Below, piece by piece: positions 19,387 through 28,067 of a stretch of DNA of 64,000 nucleotides; position 1 is the first letter of the stretch, and every line of letters starts with the position of its first letter. The DNA is from Gammaproteobacteria bacterium (lineage in GTDB: Bacteria > Pseudomonadota > Gammaproteobacteria > QZLD01). Both the position numbers and the translations under genes were made by a program. The stretch is taken from contig QZLE01000074.1 in assembly GCA_004796365.1 (NCBI GenBank), forward strand, positions 12,028-76,027. The letters are read 5' to 3'. The notes under the pieces are model-generated. The model saw only the letters and a list, made by a program, of their open reading frames with translations. It ran no database searches and was not told the DNA's origin.

Positions 19387-22300
19387 ATGAATAAAGCTGG
19401 CTGCCCATCAATTTCTTTTAAACAGGCTCACATATATTTTGCCCTGATTTATACCATTTTATGCAGTTTTAATGCATCTGGCTTTGCATTGCATGATTCT
19501 CAGGAAAGATACATTATTTCTCCAGAGGCGAAATTATTTGAAGATGCTGATGGCATTAGTTTTCAAGCAGTGAGGAACTTACCAGCCACTTCTTTTAAAG
19601 CTAATGAGGTTGATTCTGTTAGCATTGATGATAGCAGCAAATTTTATTGGATTAAGTTTCAGATAAAGTATTACTCAAATTCACCCAGCCATTATCGAAA
19701 TTGGTTTATGGAAATAGCAGCACCATCGCTTGATATTCTGGATATTTATTTCATTGAGAATGGTAATACAACCTCACACCATTTGGGGGATGATAGGCCA
19801 TACAGGGTACGCCCAGTTCAGCATGGTAATTATATAATAGATTTTAGAACCCATTCAAAATACGAGACTATTGCCTATATTCGTGTAAAGAATAGCATCT
19901 CTACTAAATTGCCAATTCGAGTTTGGTCACATCAGGCTCTTTTTTCTGAATCACAAGTACTGCAATATCTGGCAGGAATTTGTTATGGCATTTTGTTGAT
20001 AATGGTTATATATAACTTGGCAACTGGAATAACCATAAAAGATAAATGCTATACATACCTGGCAATTTATATCTTGACAGCATTTGTCTGCCTAATATCC
20101 TATGATGGCTCTGCCAGGCAGTTTCTTTGGCCCAATAGCCTTTGGTGGGAGAGCAGGGCATTGTTTTTTTGGGAGTGTTTAGTAGTCTTTTGGGGTATAC
20201 AGTTTTCAAGAAACTTTATAGATTTAGAAAACAACTATCCAATGCTTGTTAAATCTCTATATTCAATCCAGTTTTCTGCCGTACTGTGTGCAATAGTCTC
20301 AATAATAATCCCGATGAATATGTTCAGTATTTTTATGGTCTTTGCATATTCAATAATCACATTTTTATTTATGATACCGGTCGCTAAGCATGCCCATAAG
20401 TCAGAAAAGCTGTTCTTCATTTTGGCTTGGTTGCCTTTATATGTTGTCACTATAGTTTTGATAGCCGGGAAAATTGAGCTTTTCGATTTCAATATTAATT
20501 CCATCAATAAAAGATATTTGTATTACCCACTTCTGACTGCACAGTGCTTGCTTTTGTCATTAGCTTTAACCCGCAGATACAATGCAATAAAAAATAGCAA
20601 AGAAAAAGCAGAGCAATACGCTCTTGGCTCTCTACAAAGGTATAAGGATTTATTTACTAACTCAACCGCCGGTATGTTTGAGATTAGCTATAACGGTAAG
20701 GTGTTATATGTAAACCCACAAATCCTGCAAATCCTTGGCTATGACTCAGAACAAGAACTGTTGAAAAATGATAACGCACTTGATACCAGTCTATTTGTTA
20801 ATGCTGCGGATAGAAAGCGTTACTTAAGGCTCCTATTAAAAAACGGACGTGTAACAAATTTTGAATTTCAATTTAAGAGAAAAAATGGAGAAATTGCCTG
20901 GGGGCTTGTTTCCAGTTGCCTGGTAACGGATTCAGATTCTACTGAATATGTGGTCAGTAAACCAAATATAGAAGGATCAATAGTTGATATTACTGCATCC
21001 AAGGAAAAAGAGAGCATTGAAAAGAGGCTTATTGAAGCGGAAACATCAGCTAACGTAAAATCTCAGTTACTTGCAAGCAGCAGTCATGAACTGCGCACCC
21101 CAATGAATGCGATAATTGGCTTTACGTCATTATTGCAAAAAACTGAACTAGATGAGAAGCAATTCAATTATTCTGAAAAAGTAAGGATTGCTGCGAAAGG
21201 GTTGTTAAGGCTGATTAATGACATCCTTGATAACTCTAAACTAGAAGCTGGTGAGATGGAAATTGAATCCGTCAACTTTAATCTAGATAAACTACTAAAT
21301 GAAGTAGTTGATATGTTTGCAGAGCCATTCAATGAGAAAGGGATAGAGTTGATACTCTTGAAGAAACCCGATGTACCTGTCGATTTAGTTGGTGACCCAC
21401 TGCGCATAAATCAGATCTTGATAAATCTAATCAACAATGCAATGAAGTTCACATCTGAAGGATATGTCGCGGTCACTATTGAGCATATTCCAGGTCATGA
21501 TGATGGTATTGATCTTTATTTTACAGTAAGTGATACAGGCGCCGGAATCGTTCCTGAAAGATGCGAAAGAATCTTTGATCCATACCAGCAGGCAAATTCA
21601 TCTGTGGCAAAGCTATTTGGCGGAACAGGGTTAGGCCTTAGCGTCTGTAAAAATCTGATTGAAAAAATGGGTGGGCAAATAAACGTTAAAAGCGCTGTAG
21701 GTCAAGGTTCAGAATTTATGTTTAGTATGCACCTTGGTATACAGCAGTTTGTAGGTAATGAAATTGAAACTTACGAGGAATTAGCTGGTAAAACCGCTTT
21801 TATTATTGATAGTAACAAGCTAGCCGTTGAGCAGCTTAAGGATGAGTTATCAAAATTTAAAATTAACTCAGTTTCTGCATTCAGTGGCGAAATGGCCCTA
21901 CAAAGGTTGATATCTCTTGGTGAAGCAGATCAATATGATTTTATTATTATTGAAAGAAATCTTGTCGATGCCCCAGGAATAAATATTATTAAAGAACTAA
22001 AGACTGACTCATCAACATCTAAGATACCGATTGCGCTTACATCCAGAACTGGATTTAATGATCTTTCAGAAAGGGATCGTAATTCGGGAATTAATGAACT
22101 CCTGGTCAAACCAATCAAAAGTAATAACTTAATTAAGACTTTAATAAGTATTTTCAATTTAGACTATGTTCCGCCAGTACAAGATGAAAATGAACATAAT
22201 GAATTAATTGGACTATTCAAAGATAAAAGAATACTGCTTGTTGAAGACAACGAGCTTAATCAAGAATTATTTACCGAGTTATTAGCTGGATCTGGTGCCA

Positions 22301-23016
22301 TTATCGAAATTGCAAAGACTGGGGCAGCAGCTATCGAGACAATCAACAAATCCGTATTTGATATTATTATGATGGATATTCAAATGCCAATATTAAACGG
22401 GATTGAAGCAACTAAAATTATAAGGAGAGAGCACAAAGAATTCGCTGATATCCCGATCATAGCCCTCACAGCAAATGTTTTGGAGTGTAATATTAAAGAG
22501 TATAGTGAGGCAGGTATGGACGGATTTATACCCAAGCCAATTGATTTTGCAGATCTTATATCGTCCCTAAAACAGTGGCTAAACATAGATAATAACGCCT
22601 TAATCTCTGAAACCAATAAAGAATCTGATGCTGTGTTAACTTGCCAATTACAGCAATCAGATACTATTGATCTTGCATCTGGATTAAAAAAGCTTGGAGG
22701 GAATAAAAAGCTGTATTATAAAATCCTGAATGACTTTGTAGATACATATAGACGTGAGAAAGAATCACTGTTTATCCTATTAAATGACAAGGACACTGAA
22801 ACTTTAAGTAGAAAGCTACATTCAATTAAAGGTATTAGCCTAAATTTAGGCCTTGATAATTTAGGTGAGATAGCTAGATCCGCTGAGCTGATAGTAAAAG
22901 ATGCTGGGTTAGATAAACAGAATGATTTTGAAAAAGCGCAAAGCCTCATTGAAAACTTCTATCAATTGCTTGAAGATGTTGCAGCTGAGCTAGATAAACT
23001 CCACATACTAAAATAG
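19387..23016 (+). CDS. 7TMR-DISM-type hybrid sensor histidine kinase (periplasmic DISMED2-like domain, 7 TM, PAS, HisKA, HATPase, receiver-like domain, REC, Hpt)
   Basis: 1209 aa. An N-terminal signal/TM is followed by a roughly 170-aa extracytoplasmic domain and then seven hydrophobic helices (aa ~195-400). PAS segment FTNSTAGMFEISYNGKVLYVNPQ; H-box SSSHELRTPMNAI; G-box [13 protein letters not shown]; REC DIIMMDIQMPILNG; Hpt LHSIKGISLNLG. Confidence 0.88.
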   Translation: MNKAGCPSISFKQAHIYFALIYTILCSFNASGFALHDSQERYIISPEAKLFEDADGISFQAVRNLPATSFKANEVDSVSIDDSSKFYWIKFQIKYYSNSPSHYRNWFMEIAAPSLDILDIYFIENGNTTSHHLGDDRPYRVRPVQHGNYIIDFRTHSKYETIAYIRVKNSISTKLPIRVWSHQALFSESQVLQYLAGICYGILLIMVIYNLATGITIKDKCYTYLAIYILTAFVCLISYDGSARQFLWPNSLWWESRALFFWECLVVFWGIQFSRNFIDLENNYPMLVKSLYSIQFSAVLCAIVSIIIPMNMFSIFMVFAYSIITFLFMIPVAKHAHKSEKLFFILAWLPLYVVTIVLIAGKIELFDFNINSINKRYLYYPLLTAQCLLLSLALTRRYNAIKNSKEKAEQYALGSLQRYKDLFTNSTAGMFEISYNGKVLYVNPQILQILGYDSEQELLKNDNALDTSLFVNAADRKRYLRLLLKNGRVTNFEFQFKRKNGEIAWGLVSSCLVTDSDSTEYVVSKPNIEGSIVDITASKEKESIEKRLIEAETSANVKSQLLASSSHELRTPMNAIIGFTSLLQKTELDEKQFNYSEKVRIAAKGLLRLINDILDNSKLEAGEMEIESVNFNLDKLLNEVVDMFAEPFNEKGIELILLKKPDVPVDLVGDPLRINQILINLINNAMKFTSEGYVAVTIEHIPGHDDGIDLYFTVSDTGAGIVPERCERIFDPYQQANSSVAKLFGGTGLGLSVCKNLIEKMGGQINVKSAVGQGSEFMFSMHLGIQQFVGNEIETYEELAGKTAFIIDSNKLAVEQLKDELSKFKINSVSAFSGEMALQRLISLGEADQYDFIIIERNLVDAPGINIIKELKTDSSTSKIPIALTSRTGFNDLSERDRNSGINELLVKPIKSNNLIKTLISIFNLDYVPPVQDENEHNELIGLFKDKRILLVEDNELNQELFTELLAGSGAIIEIAKTGAAAIETINKSVFDIIMMDIQMPILNGIEATKIIRREHKEFADIPIIALTANVLECNIKEYSEAGMDGFIPKPIDFADLISSLKQWLNIDNNALISETNKESDAVLTCQLQQSDTIDLASGLKKLGGNKKLYYKILNDFVDTYRREKESLFILLNDKDTETLSRKLHSIKGISLNLGLDNLGEIARSAELIVKDAGLDKQNDFEKAQSLIENFYQLLEDVAAELDKLHILK

Positions 23017-23118
23017 TAATTTGAGTTAATATAAAGACGCAATTCAATAGTTAGTGGTGATAAAATGCCACCACATGAATGCGTAATGGCATTTAAGAAT
23101 AGAATATTTGTTTTAGCC

Positions 23119-24291
23119 TTATACCACTGTTAACAGCATATAACCTGAAGAAAATCTGCCGCTTTCAGGAACAAAACACAATAGTCTTTCTCCTGCTTTC
23201 AGTTTTCCAGAATTAAATAACTCATCAAGAATAATATATATTGATGCCGAACCAGTATTTCCTTTGGAGTTAAGATTGGTAAACCACTTCTCTTCTGGAA
23301 TCGGATAATTCATCTCTTCCAGCTTTTCTAGGATTTTAGATCTGAAATATTCTGAAGATATGTGAGGTAGAAAATAGTCGATATCCTCAGGCTTGAGTCC
23401 CCTTTTTGCAATGACTTTATTGATGGTTTTTTCAATACAGTAATCAACAATGTTCTCATTGAGCAATTTTACATCTTGCTTGATAGCCATGATATTGTCT
23501 GAATACCATTCCTGATTGCTGAATTCACGCCAACCTACTAATGAGCCATCTTCCTGCTTTTGTGCGCCGGTATACATGCATGTCTCTATCTCATTGGCAT
23601 ATGAGTAGATATCAATCCATTCGATTTTTAATGACCGCTTACCCTTATTAGGTGTATTTTCTATTAAAACTGCACCAGCTCCATCTGAAAGCATCCAGCG
23701 TAAAAAATCTTTTTCAAACGCTAGCTCAGGTCTTTTATCTAGGTTATTAACCTTTTCTTCAATCTCGCCTTGATAGTACTCACCCTTAAAATGAGGTGAT
23801 GCTGCCTCAGATCCAGTAGCAACAGCATTTTCATGATCACCACTTAGAACAGATAGGTATGCATACTTAAGAGAGGTAAGACCCGCAAGGCATATACCAG
23901 CAGTTGAGATAACTTCACAAGGAGGATTTTTAAGTTCACCATGCACCATTACTGCATGACCTGGATTCATCTGGTCAGGCATTGTTGTACCGGAAGAAAG
24001 GCATTCAATTTCATCAACTGAAAACGAATCGCCTTCCAGGTTCTTAATGGCAAGCGCTGCAAGTTCAGCATTGGTATAAACAGCCTGCCTAGTTTTAGGG
24101 TCAAGTACATAGTACCTAGTCTCAATGCCATTGCTTTTAAGAATTATTTTTTTAGCTCTTGATGGTTTACCTCCAACCATTCCTAAAATATTCTCCATTT
24201 CATCATTGGAGACGGGGTCGTTGGGCATAAAGGCCGCAACATTTGTTATATATGCACTTATAGTATTATCCATTGATATTATCCATTTCAA
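23119..24291 (-). CDS. FabH-like beta-ketoacyl-ACP synthase III family protein, DarB-like
   Basis: 390 aa with a KAS III Cys-His-Asn triad in the contexts TAGICLAGLTS, FLPHISSEYF and KGNTGSASIYI. It overlaps the 3' end of the upstream DarA-like gene; the alternative start ATG 24273 would give an 8-nt overlap. Confidence 0.75.
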   Translation of the reverse strand: MKWIISMDNTISAYITNVAAFMPNDPVSNDEMENILGMVGGKPSRAKKIILKSNGIETRYYVLDPKTRQAVYTNAELAALAIKNLEGDSFSVDEIECLSSGTTMPDQMNPGHAVMVHGELKNPPCEVISTAGICLAGLTSLKYAYLSVLSGDHENAVATGSEAASPHFKGEYYQGEIEEKVNNLDKRPELAFEKDFLRWMLSDGAGAVLIENTPNKGKRSLKIEWIDIYSYANEIETCMYTGAQKQEDGSLVGWREFSNQEWYSDNIMAIKQDVKLLNENIVDYCIEKTINKVIAKRGLKPEDIDYFLPHISSEYFRSKILEKLEEMNYPIPEEKWFTNLNSKGNTGSASIYIILDELFNSGKLKAGERLLCFVPESGRFSSGYMLLTVV

Positions 24292-25240
24292 TTTTGTTCA
24301 TATTGAAATTATCAGAACCAGATGGCGCCTCAAAATATATCGCTTCTTTGCTTTTATTCTTCTTATTATTATATGACAAAGATATTAAAAATCTTATTAG
24401 CATAGGGATAGGCACCACTATAATTATCATTATTGTTAAGTATACCGCAAAAAGTAACAAAAAAGGGTAGCGAAGTATTGATTTCCGGGGCGCAATGAGC
24501 CTTAATAATTTTGACCAAACTTTAAATGCCCGGTGTCCAGATTTTTCACTAAAGATAAGTTTTTCATCAACCTCTGCAGCCTTATAACCTTGCAGCATAG
24601 ATTGGGATTTTAAATCTTTCTCTTCTTCGAAGCCCTTGATAATAGCACGCCCGAATCTCTGAGCATCCTTGATATCTTTAGGAGATATTCCAGGTTTAGG
24701 AAATATGCCGAATAGCGAATTTTTCTTACCTGTTAACAACCATCTTGTGACAGTTATGAAGTTTGCTATTGATCCCCCTCTGTCAACCAATACGGCGTTA
24801 TCTATATGTATTGCACCCAGGTCTAGTAATAATTTCTTCACTTTTTCCTGAGCCATCAACCACATGTTTCTGCAGCCAATAAGTGTAATTACCGGGGTAT
24901 CTTTAAACACCTTGGTAGCATAATCACTCTGCAAAAGTGCAGTAGCAGGTAGGGAGGGGGAGAGAAACCATACCTGATAGGCAAATATAATTAGGTCATA
25001 CTTTTGAGTCGGGGACTTAGGCTGATTAAGCGGAGGAGCATCCAAGGCAATACATTCAGGAAAAACATCAAAGAAACGAAAAAAACCCCATGGAAACTTG
25101 AACTCTTCTTGTACTGATATCTCTTCAAAAAAAAGTTCAATATCGCCAATATCGATTAGCGGAGCCGTAACCGAATCAACAACATCCTTCAGCTGTCCAG
25201 ACTGACTATAGTAAAAAACCAATATTTTACGTTTTTTCAT
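24266..25240 (-). CDS. DarA-like protein (dialkylresorcinol-condensing-enzyme family), flavodoxin-like N-terminus with C-terminal TM helices
   Basis: 324 aa. It has MKKRKILVFYYSQSGQL, YQVWFLSPSLP and LIGCRNMWLMAQEKVKKLL. These motifs match my recollection of DarA proteins encoded next to a FabH-like DarB. The family call has not been verified by search. Confidence 0.5.
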   Translation of the reverse strand: MKKRKILVFYYSQSGQLKDVVDSVTAPLIDIGDIELFFEEISVQEEFKFPWGFFRFFDVFPECIALDAPPLNQPKSPTQKYDLIIFAYQVWFLSPSLPATALLQSDYATKVFKDTPVITLIGCRNMWLMAQEKVKKLLLDLGAIHIDNAVLVDRGGSIANFITVTRWLLTGKKNSLFGIFPKPGISPKDIKDAQRFGRAIIKGFEEEKDLKSQSMLQGYKAAEVDEKLIFSEKSGHRAFKVWSKLLRLIAPRKSILRYPFLLLFAVYLTIMIIIVVPIPMLIRFLISLSYNNKKNKSKEAIYFEAPSGSDNFNMNKIEMDNING

Positions 25241-25263
25241 TATCTGACTTATTCAGCCCACAG

Positions 25264-26496
25264 TTAAAATCTGTAAGAAGTTTGCAGCATTATCATCTGC
25301 CAGTCTTTATGTAAGCTTCCGTTTTGCATTGAATAGATGAAATCTTTCATTGGAATCCATCCTGTACCTTCAACATCATGAAATTCAGCTCTAATAAGTA
25401 GAGAGTCAGAATAGTGCCATCCTAAACCAAGTACCCAGTTCTTTGCATAGAATGAGTGTGCAGGATATCCAGTACTTGCCTGAAGTCTAGCACCGTCTTT
25501 ATCGTTCTTATCTATATAGAGCACTCCATGACGCAGCATCAGCTCCCACTTTGGAACAAAACGATATGTGGATTGAAGGTAATATGATAGACCTTTTGTA
25601 TCCTGATCGGGAATAGGGGGTAGAAGGTTTAGAATTTTATTTTTTGTTGGTACGTATTCACCTACAAACTTCCATTTGTCAGTATTATATTCGGCAGATA
25701 GAAATTTTGCAGAAGTAGAAACTTCTGTTTCAGGAAGTATTCCATAACCTAAATTGCTATTGTTTATCTTGTATGCAGTGTAGCCATACGAAAGCCCGAT
25801 CCTAATTCTACCTGTATCGTGCTCATATAGAAGTTTTGCAACTCCTGTTTCACCATCTTTAATATCTCCAATGATATATCCTGGCGTTGCCAGAAGCTCT
25901 TTAACCGCTTCAGTGCTAGGATCTTTATTTGAACCAAGCAATCTAAAAGATAGAGAATTTGAAGACCAGCTGCGCATAGCAAATAACTCGAAACCATCAG
26001 TTGAATACATCCAATCCCTATATCTTTCAAGATACATTGATTGCGGAACTAGAATTCCTGGACGTGTAAATGCTACGTCTCTTGTTTCGTTATAAAATCC
26101 CTGAGGAGCTTTGATACGACCCGCTCTAACCCCTAATGACCAATCAACATCGTTTATGGCTGTGTAGGTTATAAAACCGTGGTCTAGCTCAATAGACCCA
26201 TCATCGCTTTTGCCGGCCTTTCTTGAAAGTAATGATGCTGAAAGTTGAAAATTTCTTAGAAAAGTAGTCGAGAAAAGAAATTCAACTTCTCTATAGTCAA
26301 GGCTAATATCATCATCGCTTTCGCCAAAGAAGTTATTGTTTGTAGTATGAATTAGCGATTGGCTTATATAACCGTCCCATCGAAAGTTTGAAAAAACTTC
26401 GTCTGCATTTACAGCAGTTGGTAGTAGCATCGTTACCACAAGGCTAAAAGCTAATTTTTTCTGTTTCTGATAGTTTCTATGCATAAGTTTATCCAC
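25264..26496 (-). CDS. Outer-membrane beta-barrel protein (porin-like, family unassigned)
   Basis: 410 aa. It has the signal peptide KLAFSLVVTMLLPTAVNA/DE, alternating-hydrophobicity strands throughout, and a C-terminus LQTSYRF whose terminal aromatic residue is typical of BAM substrates. Confidence 0.7.
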   Translation of the reverse strand: MDKLMHRNYQKQKKLAFSLVVTMLLPTAVNADEVFSNFRWDGYISQSLIHTTNNNFFGESDDDISLDYREVEFLFSTTFLRNFQLSASLLSRKAGKSDDGSIELDHGFITYTAINDVDWSLGVRAGRIKAPQGFYNETRDVAFTRPGILVPQSMYLERYRDWMYSTDGFELFAMRSWSSNSLSFRLLGSNKDPSTEAVKELLATPGYIIGDIKDGETGVAKLLYEHDTGRIRIGLSYGYTAYKINNSNLGYGILPETEVSTSAKFLSAEYNTDKWKFVGEYVPTKNKILNLLPPIPDQDTKGLSYYLQSTYRFVPKWELMLRHGVLYIDKNDKDGARLQASTGYPAHSFYAKNWVLGLGWHYSDSLLIRAEFHDVEGTGWIPMKDFIYSMQNGSLHKDWQMIMLQTSYRF

Positions 26497-26577
26497 TTAA
26501 GTTCCCTTTAAATCCTGGCTATGCTTATATAGCCTTTTAAGCATGCGTTAGAAAAATGGTCAAAGAGCTTCATTATA

Positions 26578-27021
26578 CTAGCGCATCGTTGTTCGTTTTA
26601 CATCTAATTCTACCCGTTTCACAGAATTAAGGTCGTTATCATAAAGTCTGTCTGTATAACCAATCGCACCCGGAGTTCGCTTGAGAATATCAATCATCTC
26701 TTCCTTGGTTTTAGCAACAATGGGCGGCTGCCCAAGACCTGAATACGTAACCCTATCCCACCCACCTTTTAGCTGATGAGGGAATATATTAAGGATCTTT
26801 TTACAAAACTCTTTATGTACTGTGGAGTTATTAGGCATTGTTACTACAGTAACTGGAAGGCCGTCAGGCCATTGTTTAAGCCTGAGGCTAAAGATTGCCC
26901 TTAACTCTCGATTAGTTAAGTATTCAAACTTTTGAGACGATGACGATTTGTTGGTGATTATATCTATTGCATAAGCACATGGTGAAAAAGCAATACACAA
27001 GACAAAGCATAGCAAAAGCAT
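26578..27021 (-). CDS. Small periplasmic PstS-like (type 2 PBP-fold) protein
   Basis: The track ORF extends to 27132, but ATG 27021 gives MLLLCFVLCIAFSPCAYA/IDI, a clean signal peptide (148 aa). It has REL(R)AIFS..WPDG, GAIGY and the PBP-like segment PHQLKGGWDRVTYSG. Confidence 0.55.
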   Translation of the reverse strand: MLLLCFVLCIAFSPCAYAIDIITNKSSSSQKFEYLTNRELRAIFSLRLKQWPDGLPVTVVTMPNNSTVHKEFCKKILNIFPHQLKGGWDRVTYSGLGQPPIVAKTKEEMIDILKRTPGAIGYTDRLYDNDLNSVKRVELDVKRTTMR

Positions 27022-27461
27022 ATTTCCAGCTCTTTTTGCATAATTTTCAATTGCTTGCGTTAATAACTTAATGTACAAAATTGAAAGATCCACGGTTACG
27101 AGCAATAAATACTCAATATCATTACCACACATGAAAGACAGATATTCAGCGGTCGTACATTATACATTAAAAATCTGTTGTAAAAAGGGGCATTACCAGA
27201 TTCTGATAAAGTAATTGCATACACTAAAATAAAATGCCTGTTTCAAATATTCTTGAGCTAAGTGTATCTGCTTGTTCTTACGACTAAATACAGTCCACAA
27301 TGGATAAATTCAGCCTTTTTTTCGTGAAAAGACCTGTTTATTTAATTATTTAGCAAACTTGATCACTTTTTTACCAATTTACCGTCCAAGATTGTGGTAT
27401 GGAGGGGTATATCAACTATATTTGTAATAGGAGATTGGCATCAAAAGTTATTGCAGGGAAT

Positions 27462-28067
27462 ATGATTATGACTGATCAGAATAACAATAGTAATACAAAT
27501 GACTATATGTCCGGTTCAAACGCCGAGTCGCCCGACCTAGACTGGAGTCAAGTCAGGGAAACCGTTTTTATTCTCAATCTTGCAGTTGGACAAATTCTTG
27601 CCTCTTTAAAAGATGGAAACGAAAGCATAGGTACCCTTTCTGATAATTTTATAAATATGGCAGGTGAGCTCACTGAGGTAGAACTGCTTGCAGGAAGAAT
27701 TTCTATTGATGCCGATCAACATATAAATACAGAGAGTAAAAAGCAAATCATAGAGCATTGCAAATCAGTTGCAGGATCCGTACAAAAATCAATAGTTACC
27801 TTTCAGTTTTATGATCGATTATGCCAAAGGCTTGAAAGAGTTTCAGATGGGTTAAACGGTGTTGCTGACATCATCGGCAATCCAGCAAAATTATACAACC
27901 CATTTGAGTGGAATAAATTACACCAGAAAATCCATACCAGCTATAGCACTGAAGAAGAGCGGCAGATGTTGGAGCTGATAAAAAATGGCTGTTCAGTTCA
28001 TGATGCTATAGAAAAAGTTGTTACGCAATCAGATATTTCTGATGAGGATTCAGTAGAGTTATTTTAG
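27462..28067 (+). CDS. CheZ-like protein (putative aspartyl-phosphate phosphatase), first gene of the phosphorelay operon
   Basis: About 201 aa from ATG 27462 (AGGGA Shine-Dalgarno upstream; the track ORF starts at 27399). It has [11 protein letters not shown] with D-x3-Q (Asp codon at 27813), which mirrors CheZ QDFQDLTGQ. The C-terminal tail is acidic and ends in hydrophobic residues ([12 protein letters not shown]), like the CheY-binding tail of CheZ, and the size is similar to CheZ. Confidence 0.45.
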   Translation: MIMTDQNNNSNTNDYMSGSNAESPDLDWSQVRETVFILNLAVGQILASLKDGNESIGTLSDNFINMAGELTEVELLAGRISIDADQHINTESKKQIIEHCKSVAGSVQKSIVTFQFYDRLCQRLERVSDGLNGVADIIGNPAKLYNPFEWNKLHQKIHTSYSTEEERQMLELIKNGCSVHDAIEKVVTQSDISDEDSVELF

